Source: Eimeria praecox (Eukaryota). From it: DNA of 64,000 bases. Below, in pieces: positions 1 through 17,473 of the stretch; position 1 is the stretch's first letter; each line of letters begins with the position of its first letter. The stretch covers positions 6,882,001 through 6,946,000 of the forward strand of contig OY986946.1 of the NCBI GenBank assembly GCA_963920595.1. Reading direction: 5' to 3'. The notes under the pieces were generated by a model. It saw nothing but the letters and a program-made list of their open reading frames with translations, searched no databases and was not told where the DNA came from. Made by a program: the position numbers and the translations under genes.

Positions 1-71
1 ATATATGTATATATATGTTTCGGGTTTATGATTTTATTGTTTGATTTGACTTGTTTTTATGTGTTTATCAG

Positions 72-191
72 GGGGAATACGGAAGCAGTTATATGTCGAA
101 CAGGAAACGTGCTTCTGCTGCTGCTGCAGCTTTGCAGGGAGGAGAGGGGGGAAGTAGGGTAGAAGAAGCAGAAGAAGAAGCTGCAGCTTGA
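72..191 (+). CDS. Probable terminal exon of a gene starting upstream of the window (GEYGSSYMSNRKRASAAAAALQGGEGGSRVEEAEEEAAA*)
   Basis: T-rich tract and CAG acceptor ending at 71, then 40 open codons ending TGA at 189-191. Product not recognised. Confidence 0.5.
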   Translation, partial: GEYGSSYMSNRKRASAAAAALQGGEGGSRVEEAEEEAAA

Positions 192-261
192 TGTATACAC
201 CTCAACTTCTTTAGAGATAGATAGAGACAAACACGCTGAGACGCAGGATTATTAGAAGCTG

Positions 262-337
<76 letters not shown>

Positions 338-919
338 TGCTTGGTCCTGTGTTATTAGTTTGCGTGTATAGTTTTGTGTTGGAGTTGGGGTGTATATACA
401 AGAGTGAGGTAACACGATGTGGGGAGGAGGAGGGGGGGGGGAGAGTGAAAGTGTGGGGAGAAGGGCGACCTTCTTCAGGTGTACGTGCAGCTGCGAATCC
501 TCGCTAGGCGCGAGGCAAGCGAGACGAAGTAGAAGCATAAGTTTATATAATATTTATCTTTCTGTGGGTTTGTTTAACGGGGGGGAGAATAATTATAAAG
601 ACAAACGAAGAAAACTCCTACGTTAAGAAGATATATATTTAATTGAATTGATAGCTTTCAACAAAGAGAAAGAAACAAAGAGAGAGAAACAACTGCTCCT
701 GCTGCTGCTGCTGCTCCTGCTCCTGCTGCTGCTGCTGCTCCTGCTCCTGCTGCTGCAGCAGCTGCTGCTGCAGCAGCAGCAGCAGCTGCTGCTGCTGCTG
801 CACAGGCAGTTTGTTAGTATTTTCGTAGCTCTACTACTAATGAGAGATGTAGTAGCTATTGCTGTTGTTGCTTCTATCCTGCTGCTGTTTAGAGGCCTCT
901 AGCTGCTGCTGTTTCTTAT

Positions 920-956
<37 letters not shown>

Positions 957-1150
957 TTTTGATGCATGCAAATGATGGTGGGGCTTTCTTGTTTTTTTCT
1001 TTGGTTGTTTTATTTATTTTATTCTACGAATGATAGAAAGGAGAAGTTATTCGAGTGTAGGGAGAAGAGGAAAGCTGCTAGTGTTAGCTTGCAGCAGAAC
1101 AACAACCCCACCACTTAGGCCTCCTGCTGCTGCTGCACTTGCTGCTACAC

Positions 1151-1184
<34 letters not shown>

Positions 1185-1333
1185 AAGCTCATAAACAGCT
1201 GTCTATACACCCGAAAGTTACTCATCCGTTTTAAGATAGACAGCCGAGTTTAGAACTACAAAGTCAAAATTATCTTCGACTTCTCTTCTTCATCTATCTA
1301 ACATAACAACTCGCCCTACTCTATTAACAACGC

Positions 1334-1381
<48 letters not shown>

Positions 1382-1520
1382 GTTATACTGGTGGCTAGGC
1401 CTCTGTGTTTCTGTTGTTTGTTGTTAGAGATAAAGCGTTTGGGTTTGTTTAAATTGTTGTAAAAAAGAGCAAAATAGAACAAAATCAAATAATACAGAGA
1501 GAGAGACAGAGAGAGAGAGG

Positions 1521-1552
<32 letters not shown>

Positions 1553-1859
1553 GAGAGAGAGAGAGACAGAGAGACAGAGACAGAGAGAGAGAGGCAGAGA
1601 GAGAGAGAGAGGGAGAGAGGCAGAGAGAGAGAGACAGGCTGATATAAGACTCAAACTCTCTTATCTATCTCCCTCAGGCAAAGATGAAAGAAAACAAATG
1701 AAAAGATAAAGTTTATTCTATGTTTATAATAAAATATAATAAAATAATTAATATATAAATTAAAACATATTCTATGTATGTTTATAATAAAATATAATAA
1801 AATAATTAATATATAAATTAAAACATATTCTATGTTTACTATTCTATAATATATTTATT

Positions 1860-5250
<3,391 letters not shown>

Positions 5251-6289
5251 TTTATACTATAAATATAATGAATCTGTATACATAAACAAATTAGAAAAAA
5301 AAAGAAAAGAAAATGATGCCAAATCGATGCTGTACATACACCTCAAACCCGCGTACTACTCTATAATGGTGTTTGTTTGTTTAAGAGATATTATTTGATA
5401 TGAATATATAAAATAGAAAATAGATCTAAATATTCAATATTTTTATTCTAATTGTACAAATAAATATATTCTTTCAAATAAATAGTGTTAAATATAAACC
5501 ATTATAAATCTAAATACATTAACGAAGCTGTCTATACACCTCGAGGAAGCCACTACTGTCCTGCGACTCCGAATCGGAGAGAAGAAACGCGATAGGGCGA
5601 AAGATTGGGGTTCAATAGAAAGCCTATTTCACTTCTTCTATAATTAAATCTCAATAGAAAGCCTATTTCACTTCTTCTATAATTAAATCTTCTAATTAAA
5701 ACAAATTAAAATAAATAATCGAAAAAAAAACAAACAGAGGCGTAGTTGTAAACACCGCCGCAGCGGAAAGCTGCTGAAGCTTAGAGTAGATAGCTCCCTC
5801 CCTACTGTTTGAATGCGTTAATTGGATCTGTTCTCTTGTTTAAAAAACATATTTTCTCTTCAAATATAATAAAGAAAACATAAATAATTTATTTAATGCA
5901 AAGAAAACACAAATTTAAAACAACAAGGATTGCTGTTTATCGTAAACAGGGCTGGCGGTGGGTATGGTTGTATAGGGCATACAGCAGACAAGACGGTGCT
6001 AGATTATGTTGAATATAGAAACAAATATATTATATGATATCTCAATCTTTATTTTAAATAATTAATAATTTTATTAATATTTAACAAATAAAGAAAAAAA
6101 AGATATATACCAAAGTATTCTACAAGGTGCAGAAGCCAAATGTGTTTCTCGGGTGCTGTCTATACACCCTAAATCGACAAACCCTCAGACCCTATCCTAT
6201 TACTATATATACCTCCTTCTGTTCATCTTTGCTGGTATATTTTGTTAAAAGATAGTTATTTATGTATTTTATTCAGAAAAAACAAGAAA

Positions 6290-6783
6290 ATGCCTCCTCA
6301 AATCATCAAATCCGCTGAGGGTGAGCCGCTCTTGCATCGTAGCCGCCGCTATGTATATATGCAGCAGATAAGATATATATATATATATATATTAACATAA
6401 TATATCATAATTAATCTTTTTTAACATATAAAATCAATTAATTTAATATTTAATTCCTTTAGAAGAAATATCTTATCATATTCTTCTTCTCTTGTTATCG
6501 CATGTAGTAGTAACTCCTCTCTCTCTGCCTGCTAGCCAAATATACTTTGAGGTGTCTACGCAGTATAAAACAAAGAAAAAAAAATATTAAACAACTTCCC
6601 AACTCCTACGTTTAAATATAATATTTTATATAGAAGAAACGAGTAGATAAAATCTGTCTTTAATTAATTAGATATTTCTATAATATACAAATTAGATTAG
6701 ATTAGAGTATATAGCGCGACAACACATTAAAACTTGTATTGTATTAAAATATCAATCATATAAATTTAATTTATATTATTATA

Positions 6784-6819
<36 letters not shown>

Positions 6820-7071
6820 TTAACAGCGATAGTAAACCTAACCTCACCTTAACCCCCAATCTATTTCTCTATTCTCCCACTTAAACACAAATAATATAAT
6901 AAAAACGTTATATTTATCTATCTATTTATTTATTTTTTTAATATCTTTTCAGAATATGACTCCTCCATACAAGAAGGAACTGTTATCGTCACATTCTTCG
7001 CTACGTGGAACGGTAATTGCTTCTTTCTTCTTCTTTTCGTGTTTAGATAATTGTAGAAATTTAACAAATAC

Positions 7072-7140
<69 letters not shown>

Positions 7141-7446
7141 AAGATAATGATATAATGCTGACGGTTTGTTTTGAGCTGCCGCTTCATTGCTTCTCTTTAA
7201 TACATACTATATCCAATAATAATAATAATATTATTATACATCTATATATATATATATATATAGATAGATAGATAGATATAGATATTATATTAATTATTAT
7301 TACACTATATTGATTCTGTCTGTGATGATGCTGTAGGGCCTAGTCGACAGATAAAACCTTTTATAGAAGAACAGAGCAAGAAGAAAGAATACGCCAACTT
7401 TAAGTTTATTCAAGTAAGTTTTATATTTATCTCTCTTCTATTTGTG

Positions 7447-7510
<64 letters not shown>

Positions 7511-8139
7511 TTCTTCTATTTGTGTTGTATTTATATTTATCTTTCTTCTATTTATGTTGTACATATATTTATCTTTCTTCTATTTATGTTGTATTTATAT
7601 TTATCTTTCTTCTTTCTTTTTTTTATTTTATTTTCTAACAATTCTAATCCTGAGGTGTCTATACACCTCAGACACTTGAGGTGTATCCTCACCTCCCCTC
7701 CTTTCATCAACAGCCGTTCCCTTCAGAGTGCTCTACACTCTATCACCAAGCCACACACACAGCTAGCTAGCTAGCTAGCTAGCTACCTACCTACCTACCT
7801 ACCTACCTAGTGTTAGTTAACGCACTAGATAGCTAGCTAGCTAGCTAGCCAGCCAGCCAGCTAGCTAGCTAGCCAGCCAGCCAGCTAGCTAGCTAGCTAG
7901 CTAGATATGTTGAGGTTGCAGCAACTTCTCCAACGGCGTGATAAACTAATATCACGAGCCCACTAGCTAGCCATCCAGCTAGCCACCTAGCTAGCTAGCT
8001 AGCCATCCACCTAGCCACCCAGCTAGCCATTCGGCTAGCTAGCCAGCTAGCTAGCTACTCACCCCAGCTAGCTAGCTAGCCATTCAGCTAGCTAGCTAGC
8101 TAGCCATCCAGCTATCTATCTATTTATCTATCTATCCAC

Positions 8140-8175
<36 letters not shown>

Positions 8176-8306
8176 GTATCTATCTATCTATATCTATCTA
8201 TATCTATCTGTATCTATCTATATCTATATCTATCTATATCTATCTATATCTATCTATATCTATCTATATCTATCTATATCTATATCTATATCTATATCTA
8301 TATCTA

Positions 8307-8338
<32 letters not shown>

Positions 8339-8661
8339 AATCTATCTATCTATCTAACTAACTAGCTAGCTAGCTAGCTAGCCAGTCAGCTATCTATCTA
8401 TCTATCTATCTATCCATCCATCCATCTAGCTAGTTATCTATCCATCCATCTAGCTAGCTAGCTAGCCAGCTAAGGTTAAGGTATTATATGTATGTGTATA
8501 TTTGAGGGCGCAGGTCGACGCTGACGAATGCCCCGAGTTAACTGAGAGAGAAGATGTTAGTTCGATGCCCACACTTAAAATATATAAAAACGGAAAGTGT
8601 ATACAAAATCTGGCGGGAGCAAACGTAAATACAGCCGACGAATGTCTTAAGAAGCTGATGT

Positions 8662-8663
<2 letters not shown>
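6290..8663 (+). CDS. Thioredoxin-fold protein, 105 aa, 4 exons; active site WNGPS lacks both catalytic cysteines
   Basis: Exons 6290-6320, 6953-7012, 7337-7413, 8514-8663 give MPPQIIKSAEEYDSSIQEGTVIVTFFATWNGPSRQIKPFIEEQSKKKEYANFKFIQVDADECPELTEREDVSSMPTLKIYKNGKCIQNLAGANVNTADECLKKLM*. FxATW, VDxDE, cis-Pro MPT and GAN motifs match Trx. Confidence 0.85.
7760..8472. repeat. (GCTA)n / (CCTA)n / (TCTA)n tetranucleotide satellite in Trx-like intron 3
   Basis: Read directly from the sequence. Confidence 0.9.
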
Positions 8664-8746
<83 letters not shown>

Positions 8747-8834
8747 ACAGCAACAGCAGAAAAAACAGCAAAAGGAGAGAAAAGAAAGAGAAAATAGATA
8801 TGTATTTCTTCTCTTTTCTTTGATTCTAACGCTA

Positions 8835-8891
<57 letters not shown>

Positions 8892-9001
8892 GTATATAAT
8901 TCAAAGACAATAGAAAGAGAGAGAGAAAGAAATAAATAAAGAAATAGTTAAATCCTTAGATAAAAAACAAACATAAAATATAATCAATTAATTAAAATAC
9001 C

Positions 9002-9059
<58 letters not shown>

Positions 9060-9522
9060 CTAAACACCTGCCTGAGTTATACACTCGCTGTTTGTTTGTT
9101 TATGGTCTTTAAGATTTGGTTGTGCTTCATACACCTGAGAAAGATAAACACAAAACTATATTTATTATTATTATTTTTAGTAATATTATGATATTATTAT
9201 ATTATTATTATAGTTATTATTATTTTTAGTATTATTATTATTTTATTATAATATTATTATTATATTTATTATTATTATTGTTTTTAGTATTGTTATTATA
9301 TTATGATATTACTATTATTATTATTATAATTAACAGTAGTAGTAGTAGTATTAATATAATAATAATATTATTATTATTATTGTTATTATTGTTAGTAGTA
9401 GTAGAAGTATTAATATTATTACCATTATTATTACTATTCTTATTATATTATTACTAATATTATTATTATTGTTAATATTAATATTCTTAGGATTATTATT
9501 ATTATTTATTATTCTTATTCTA

Positions 9523-9564
<42 letters not shown>

Positions 9565-9849
9565 TTTTATTATACACGCGAGAAACAAAAACCCTGAAGG
9601 CCAAAGAAATCAATAAATAAGAAAGTACAGAAAATAAATTAAATAAATTAAATAAATTAAATAAATTAAATAAATTAAATGAATGAAACAAATTAAATAA
9701 ATAAATAAATAAATAAAACAAAAGTAGAGAGAAAAACAAATAAGAAAAACACAAAGAGGGAAGATGTTTTGATAGATATGAGAGCAACAAATAAAAACAA
9801 AACAAATAAAACAGCTCTCTTCTTCAAAAATAAATTAGTATAAATAAAA

Positions 9850-9888
<39 letters not shown>

Positions 9889-10082
9889 ATATATTAAATA
9901 GAGATTAATTAAATAAACATTAATTAAACAAACATTAATTAAATAAAAACGAATTAATTAATATTAATTAAATAATTAAATATAATTAAAAATATAACAA
10001 ACCGTCTGCACTGCTTTACGTTGGTAGTTAGACCCTGAGCCTCTCAGCCCTGCAGCAGCAGCAGCAGCAGCAACAGCAGCAA

Positions 10083-10114
<32 letters not shown>

Positions 10115-10228
10115 CAAAGTAGCTGTTATTTACTTTGTTTATTAAATATAAGTTTAAATAGTTTATTATTTATTTATTTAATTACTTACGCATATATGTC
10201 TCTACCAAATATGTATATACACACACAC

Positions 10229-10281
<53 letters not shown>

Positions 10282-10375
10282 CTATATCTAAGTGCAATTA
10301 AACAAGATAAAACAAATAATATATATATATATATGTATATATATACCTATATCTAAGTGCAATTAAACAAAATAA

Positions 10376-10417
<42 letters not shown>

Positions 10418-10562
10418 CCTATATAGAATATCTCTGTAGAACTACCCCCAAAATTTTCTGTAAAGTAAAGCGAAATGGAAGAAGCATTTTGTAGTTTTGT
10501 CACCTGCGAAGAAAAGAGAGAAAAAGCAAAGAAAGAAAGCTGCATAGACACCTGAAGGAGCA

Positions 10563-10622
<60 letters not shown>

Positions 10623-10646
10623 CAGAGAGAGAAAGATCAGGCAACA

Positions 10647-10705
<59 letters not shown>

Positions 10706-10773
10706 TTTTCAAGACTCAGAAATTTAAATATAATTAAATAAAGAACAATTAATAACTATAATCAATAAAAACA

Positions 10774-10833
<60 letters not shown>

Positions 10834-11453
10834 ACGGACATACCTTCAAAGGATATTCTACAGCTCCATGAAAATCTTGTGTTAAATCAATTACTTGTAC
10901 ACATTCAGTTTCACGAATGCTGAAGATAAAAGAAAAGATATAATATAATTTTAATTAATGTTTTGTTGTATATTTTATTATTGTTTATTTTATGTTTTAT
11001 TCTCTATCTTTATATTTATATTTATATCTTCTTCTCTATCTTTTTCTATTACTAACACAAGAAAACAAGAAAAAATAATATATTTAAACTCTTTTGTTTT
11101 CGGGTGTATGTACACCTCAATCGAAATACAATCGTACTTTGTAAAATCTAAATCATCACGATTTACATATATTTTTACTCTTGACGGACTCGTTCCCCCT
11201 TCCCCTCCAATTACTACTAAACTCAACACCTTAACAGAATAAAAATAAACATAAACAACAAAAACAAACAAAAGAAACAAAGAAACAGAGAAAAATAGAA
11301 AGAAACAGAGAAGAGGAGACGAAAAATAAAGAAGAAAAATACACAAAAAAAATAAAAAAATAAAATATATTAAAAACAAATAAAACAAACTCGCGCTGCC
11401 CCCGACTGCTTGTTGATCAACCTTTATCTCTTGACTCTTTATAATTTTATTAT

Positions 11454-11514
<61 letters not shown>

Positions 11515-12551
11515 ATCATTATTTATTTATGAATTATTTAATTATATTATTAGTAGTTTATGTATTATCCTATCATTTTATTTTATTATATTTTATTTTT
11601 ATTATGTTATATTTGTATATTATAAAATATAAGTTCTAGTATTATTTATTATTGTATAAATATTTAATTAATTAGATTATTAATCGAATATCTACTTATA
11701 TTTGACTGTTATACTACAAATAATAATAATAATAATAATATTATTAATATTATTAAAGCATTATTTAATAAAATGCTTAATTATATTTCTATAGTGAAGA
11801 AGCTGTGATGTACGTACACCCCGGCCCCACCTTGCAGGGGGAGATGAAAGGAATATGAACGATCTGCAGCATAAGCAGCAACAAAACCAACAAAACAATC
11901 GATAATACAATGAAATACTATAAAATAATATAAAATAATATAAAATAATATAAAATAAAAGAAATAAATACAATAAAAACAATTAAATATAACCTCTTAC
12001 CAGCTCGGGGTCCCCTTCTTCTGTTTTACAAGAAGAAGCCTCGAATCGATCGCTGTATGGTTTAATTGTTTTTTTTGCTGATCCTGTCTCCTATTGAAAA
12101 CAAAATAAAATTCAAAGAAAGAGGAAAATTGAGGTGTACGTACACCCAACATGTTCTGGTTTTTCGGGTGTATGTACACCTCAATATACGCAGTGATTTG
12201 AAGGAGTTTAAATAATTTTTTAATATATTTTCTTCTCTCTTTCTACACATTCAGAGCTACAAATAATTTTTCTAATTCGTAATGTGGTTGTATTTAAAAC
12301 AGAATATCTTTCTTCTTTTCACTGTTAATGTGTGAGAGGACGGGTTGAAGAGCGAGTTCCTACTCAACCGCTGATGTGTATAATAATATTTTTAATTATT
12401 GTTTATGGCTTCTAAATTAAATAAAAGATTGTTTTACCTGTTCATTTAACCCGATAACACTCTCTCTATCAATATATTTGTACAAAAACTCCCCTCCAGC
12501 AAATGCGTCTTCTGCCTTGCACCCGCAGCCTTCTCCGTGTGTTCCTGGCAT
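9060..12551 (-). CDS. PITHD1: PITH-domain protein (PITHD1-type, proteasome-interacting), about 203 aa, 8 exons
   Basis: Exons 12551-12438, 12090-12001, 11863-11831, 11229-11138, 10919-10844, 10503-10419, 10049-10003, 9134-9060. [88 protein letters not shown] matches PITHD1. Confidence 0.9.
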
Positions 12552-13405
12552 TTTAATGTTTGATTTGAATTAAAGAGTTTTTAATTCAATTTAAATAAAT
12601 TTAACTTCCATTCAGAGTGAAAAATATAAAAAAAACAAACGAACGGGGGTTTCCTTCTTCAGGTGTATCGGCAGCTCGCCACAGTGTACACAACACTTCT
12701 GAATATAGAGAAAGTAGTGTAGTATTTGGATTTATCAGAAGCCAGAAAAGAATAAAAGAATATATAAACAGAAAATAAATATAAATCTCTTCTTTAATTT
12801 CTTCTTTTTGATGCGTTTCATATTCTCTTTTATCTCGCATCTTAACAGTAGCAGCGTCGGCGTCGGGGGGCCTCTCAGCGCATTCCCATGAGTTCAACCA
12901 AGAATAAAATTGTTTTAAAAACAATATAAGAAATCATTTTCCGTTTATTTTTATAATATATTTATCAAATAAATAACTATTTTCTAAATATTCAAAATAT
13001 TTAAAACAAAACAGACAGGTTGAGGCGCCTGACTTAACCCCTCCCCCCCCCTCCCTCCTTCGCTCTCACCACTTACTCTGTTTTTATTACTATAATATTA
13101 TTATTATGTGTTTGCTTTTCTTCCTTCTCTGTTTGAGTTTATCTCTATAATTACACTAAAATAAAATTAATATAATTTGTCTTTATTTGCTATATTATTA
13201 TTGATTTTCTTCTCCCTATTACCCCAAATAAACAACATTACTTCTTTAACACCCACATCAATATTTGAGGTGTATGTACACTAACATCCTCCCCTGCTGT
13301 TTACAGCAGAACATCTCCCATACTATTTAGTTGATGTATTTATTGATCTAAGGGCTGTATTTACATTATATATAGTGTAAATACAGCTCTTATAATATAT
13401 ACATA

Positions 13406-13512
<107 letters not shown>

Positions 13513-13770
13513 CTCCCCTCAGTGTTGTTTATCTACTTCTTCTCTTTAAAACCCCCCACCCCTCCATCAATCCTATAAAGAGTTAGCTCTATCCTTATAT
13601 TCTATATCTTTTTTATTGTTATTTATTACTTACTATTTTGTAATTTGTTTAAATATTTAATTAATTATTATTATTTAATATATTTGTCTGTTTATCAGGT
13701 AGTAGAGAAGAGAATACGAAAAAAAGAAAAACACTGTGGTGTATACGCAGACAACGGGGTGTATGCTGAC

Positions 13771-14457
13771 TTATACTAATCTGTTTCTCTTGTATTTCTT
13801 CTCTACAAATGTTTAAGCTAATAACAAATAAATAAATAAATAAACAAACAAACAAACAAATAAATAAATAAATAAATAGATAAAGGAGGAAAGCCTTTGC
13901 AATTAAATTAGTTATTCGAGTTAGGAGAAAGAGTAGATAGAATATAAGTTTAATATAATCAACAAGAAGAAGATATCTATAAAAAAAATATAAAACAAAT
14001 ATTACATACGAGACATAATATATCTAATTGCATTCTTAAATACAGAAGATATATACAAACATGAGTTCTTCAACATACACCCGAAAGGAGAGAAATAAGT
14101 ACTTAAATAGACAGGCTCTGCATACAGACCTGAAAAACACAAAAACAAATATATTATTATTATTTATTATTATTATTTATTATTATTATTTATTATTATT
14201 ATTACTATTTCTATATTATATTTTAGTATATTTAACTGTCGACGATATCAAACAAATGTGCTTAGTATTTGCTGTTTCTGTCTTTCTTTAGTTTAGTAAT
14301 ATTTTATCTGTTAGGAATTACTTGTACCTAATTACTCTATCTTAAATATATTTATCTCTATATCTATATTTATACATATATATATACATTTACACTTCTA
14401 CTTAGATTTATATGTATATTTATATTTATATGTGTTTGTATATCTATATTTGCATGC

Positions 14458-14525
<68 letters not shown>

Positions 14526-14833
14526 CTTATACGTACATGTGTATGCAGCTCTATAGGTCTATATATATATATTTATATTTACATTTACATTTATATTAAT
14601 ATTTGTTAGAGTGTCAAGAGAACGTAAGTACTGGCCTCTGTTTCCTATTTAGGTATTAATACCTGAATAATCGAAAGCATTCCAAGGAAAGAAAGTTTGA
14701 AAAAATAAAATGAGAGGAGAACTGGAGAGAGAGATGAGAGACTGAGGATGACGTATAGCTGTTTGTCTGTCTCGAACTCCTGCTGCTGCTGCTGCTGCTG
14801 CTGCAGCTGCTGCTGCTGCTCCTCCTCCTCTCC

Positions 14834-14864
<31 letters not shown>

Positions 14865-15038
14865 CGTCTCAGGACACATTAGTGCTTCTGGAAGAATAGG
14901 ACGCCGCGTAAACTCAGAAACACGCACGTTCGAATATCTCTCTAAATCAATTAAACAGAAACTGCAAGACCAAACATTTCTATGCTGCATGAGCAGACTC
15001 TTCTCTAAACACACACACACACACAAACAATAAACATT

Positions 15039-15090
<52 letters not shown>

Positions 15091-16164
15091 AGGCTCAGAT
15101 AATGTTTCTTTGAAGCTACAAGTTTGACAGGTCTTCTTGTTTTCTGCTCTTTGCTGCTACTTGAGTGTCTACTCGACCAATCCTTCGAATAAAAGGATGA
15201 AAAGAAACAGAACAAGAGCAACGTAGCTTCACCTTCCGAATCTAAACACAACAGCTGCAGATGCGCTGTGCATGCATGCAGCCACTGAATAATAACTCGA
15301 GGCCTCCACATTTCGTAGTTCTTTTCTACAAAAGCCTCCATCAACTTCTCATGTACACGTCCTAGGCTGAACAGAAGCAGCACAGTTATCTATGAAACAA
15401 GAAGACTCTCTTTTCTCTCCAACAGGAGGAATACGAAGAATAAATGTTAATTGTAGCCATAAAGAACAAGAAAAACAGAAATAGAAAAACAAAAACAAGT
15501 GCATGAAATAACGGAAACGAGGATGTTCAACTTCTGCCTACCTTTGGTGCTTCAGACTGCCACCGGACCACAGAGGAGCGGAAAAGAGTAAAGAATCCCA
15601 AGAAACATCAGCATAAATAGAATCTGCAGGATTTAAAAGGCAATAAAAGCTAAAACCCGAGCTCAAATATCTCCTATAAACCTAGGAAACACGAATTGTG
15701 CACGATGGTGTTTGCAGATTTGAGGTGTACGTACACCTCAACTGTTCAATTTTTTTGAATGATCTTACCTGGGACCTTTTGTTCTCCTTTTATATTTAAT
15801 TTGGCTAAAAGACTTCGAATAAAAGAAGGAAATATAAGAATTGCATGCATCAAAGCCATATGAGCTACTTCGGTCTTAGACTGCGATATACTTTCTTGTT
15901 CGTTCTTCTCATCCTCATACACCGAACAGATATCTGCTGCTTTTATTCTTTTTATATTTGCTATATTAGCTGGAGACAAACAACAACGAAATAAAATAAT
16001 CAAATAATAAATCAAGAGATGGAAAGAAAAAGAAATGCTACGAATAAACAAACAAACAAATAAATAAATAAATAAAACAAAGAAGTAAACAGACAAATAA
16101 ACGGACAAATAAATAAACAACAGGACAAATACTACTTCAAACAACACAAGTTCCTGGACGTATC

Positions 16165-16198
<34 letters not shown>

Positions 16199-16237
16199 AG
16201 TTTGTTTGTATTTTTGCAGCACGTTCAACAGCAGCAA

Positions 16238-16269
<32 letters not shown>

Positions 16270-16453
16270 ACAACAGCAGCAGCAACCGCAGCAGCAGCAG
16301 CAACAGGTGATTTACGTTGATCTTCTTCATAAAAGAAGGCGAGAGCCGCAGAGAAGGCGAAGTTGGGCATCGCCAATCTTAGATCGCTGATGATGTTTTC
16401 ATCTTCTTCTGTTTTTATTGTTTGTGTTTCTTGGTAATCCTTCTGCATGCATT

Positions 16454-16505
<52 letters not shown>

Positions 16506-16803
16506 ATGTACTCGTGCTGCAGCATCTATGGGTCGAAGCGCGTTGGAGTACTGGCTGACGAAATGTTTGGCGAAATGTTGAAGAGTAAGATATTGCTGAG
16601 ATCGTAAGAAAAAATAATCTAAATGAAGAAGAGCATGAGAGGCATCAAGACTTAGATCTAAAGAAAGCAACAACTTACACACTTCTCCTGCCGACCGCAT
16701 ACAACCCTGATAACTTAGGCCCAACATAAAACGCCAAAGACAAGCAAACAGAATGCGATTCGCCGGATTTAGAGAGTCCATAGACACCTAAAGAATAACA
16801 GCA

Positions 16804-16868
<65 letters not shown>

Positions 16869-17426
16869 TTGTTTACTTTTATATACTATGTAATGTATTA
16901 TATTATTTATAATATTATGTATTTACTGTGTATAATATGTAAAGAGTATGCAGACTGCGACTTGAGGGGTTTCGAGAGTTCGTTAGACACCAAAATTTCT
17001 AATAACATTAAACAAAACATATATAGTAATTCCTACTTTATACTTATGTACTATATATATTATGTTTATGTTATATATATATATATATAATGTATATATG
17101 TTATATCTATTATGTATATATTATGTATCTATTATGTATATACTGATGCTCAACATACTGCGAGTCTTCTGGGCTTGATACTAAAAGGCAGCCTAGTAGT
17201 ATATATTATATATACACACATAACATATATAATATATATACGTATATATATATATATGTATTCATTTATTTATTTATATACAATAGAAACACTGTATATA
17301 TGTGAAGAAGAGAGAAAAGCTAAAGAAGAGGATTTGTGTGTGATTGTTGGAAGTAGCTTCAAAACCTGCTTCTCTTTAATTTTCTTACTATAAACAACTC
17401 TATCAATACAAATAACTTTCTAAATC

Positions 17427-17473
<47 letters not shown>

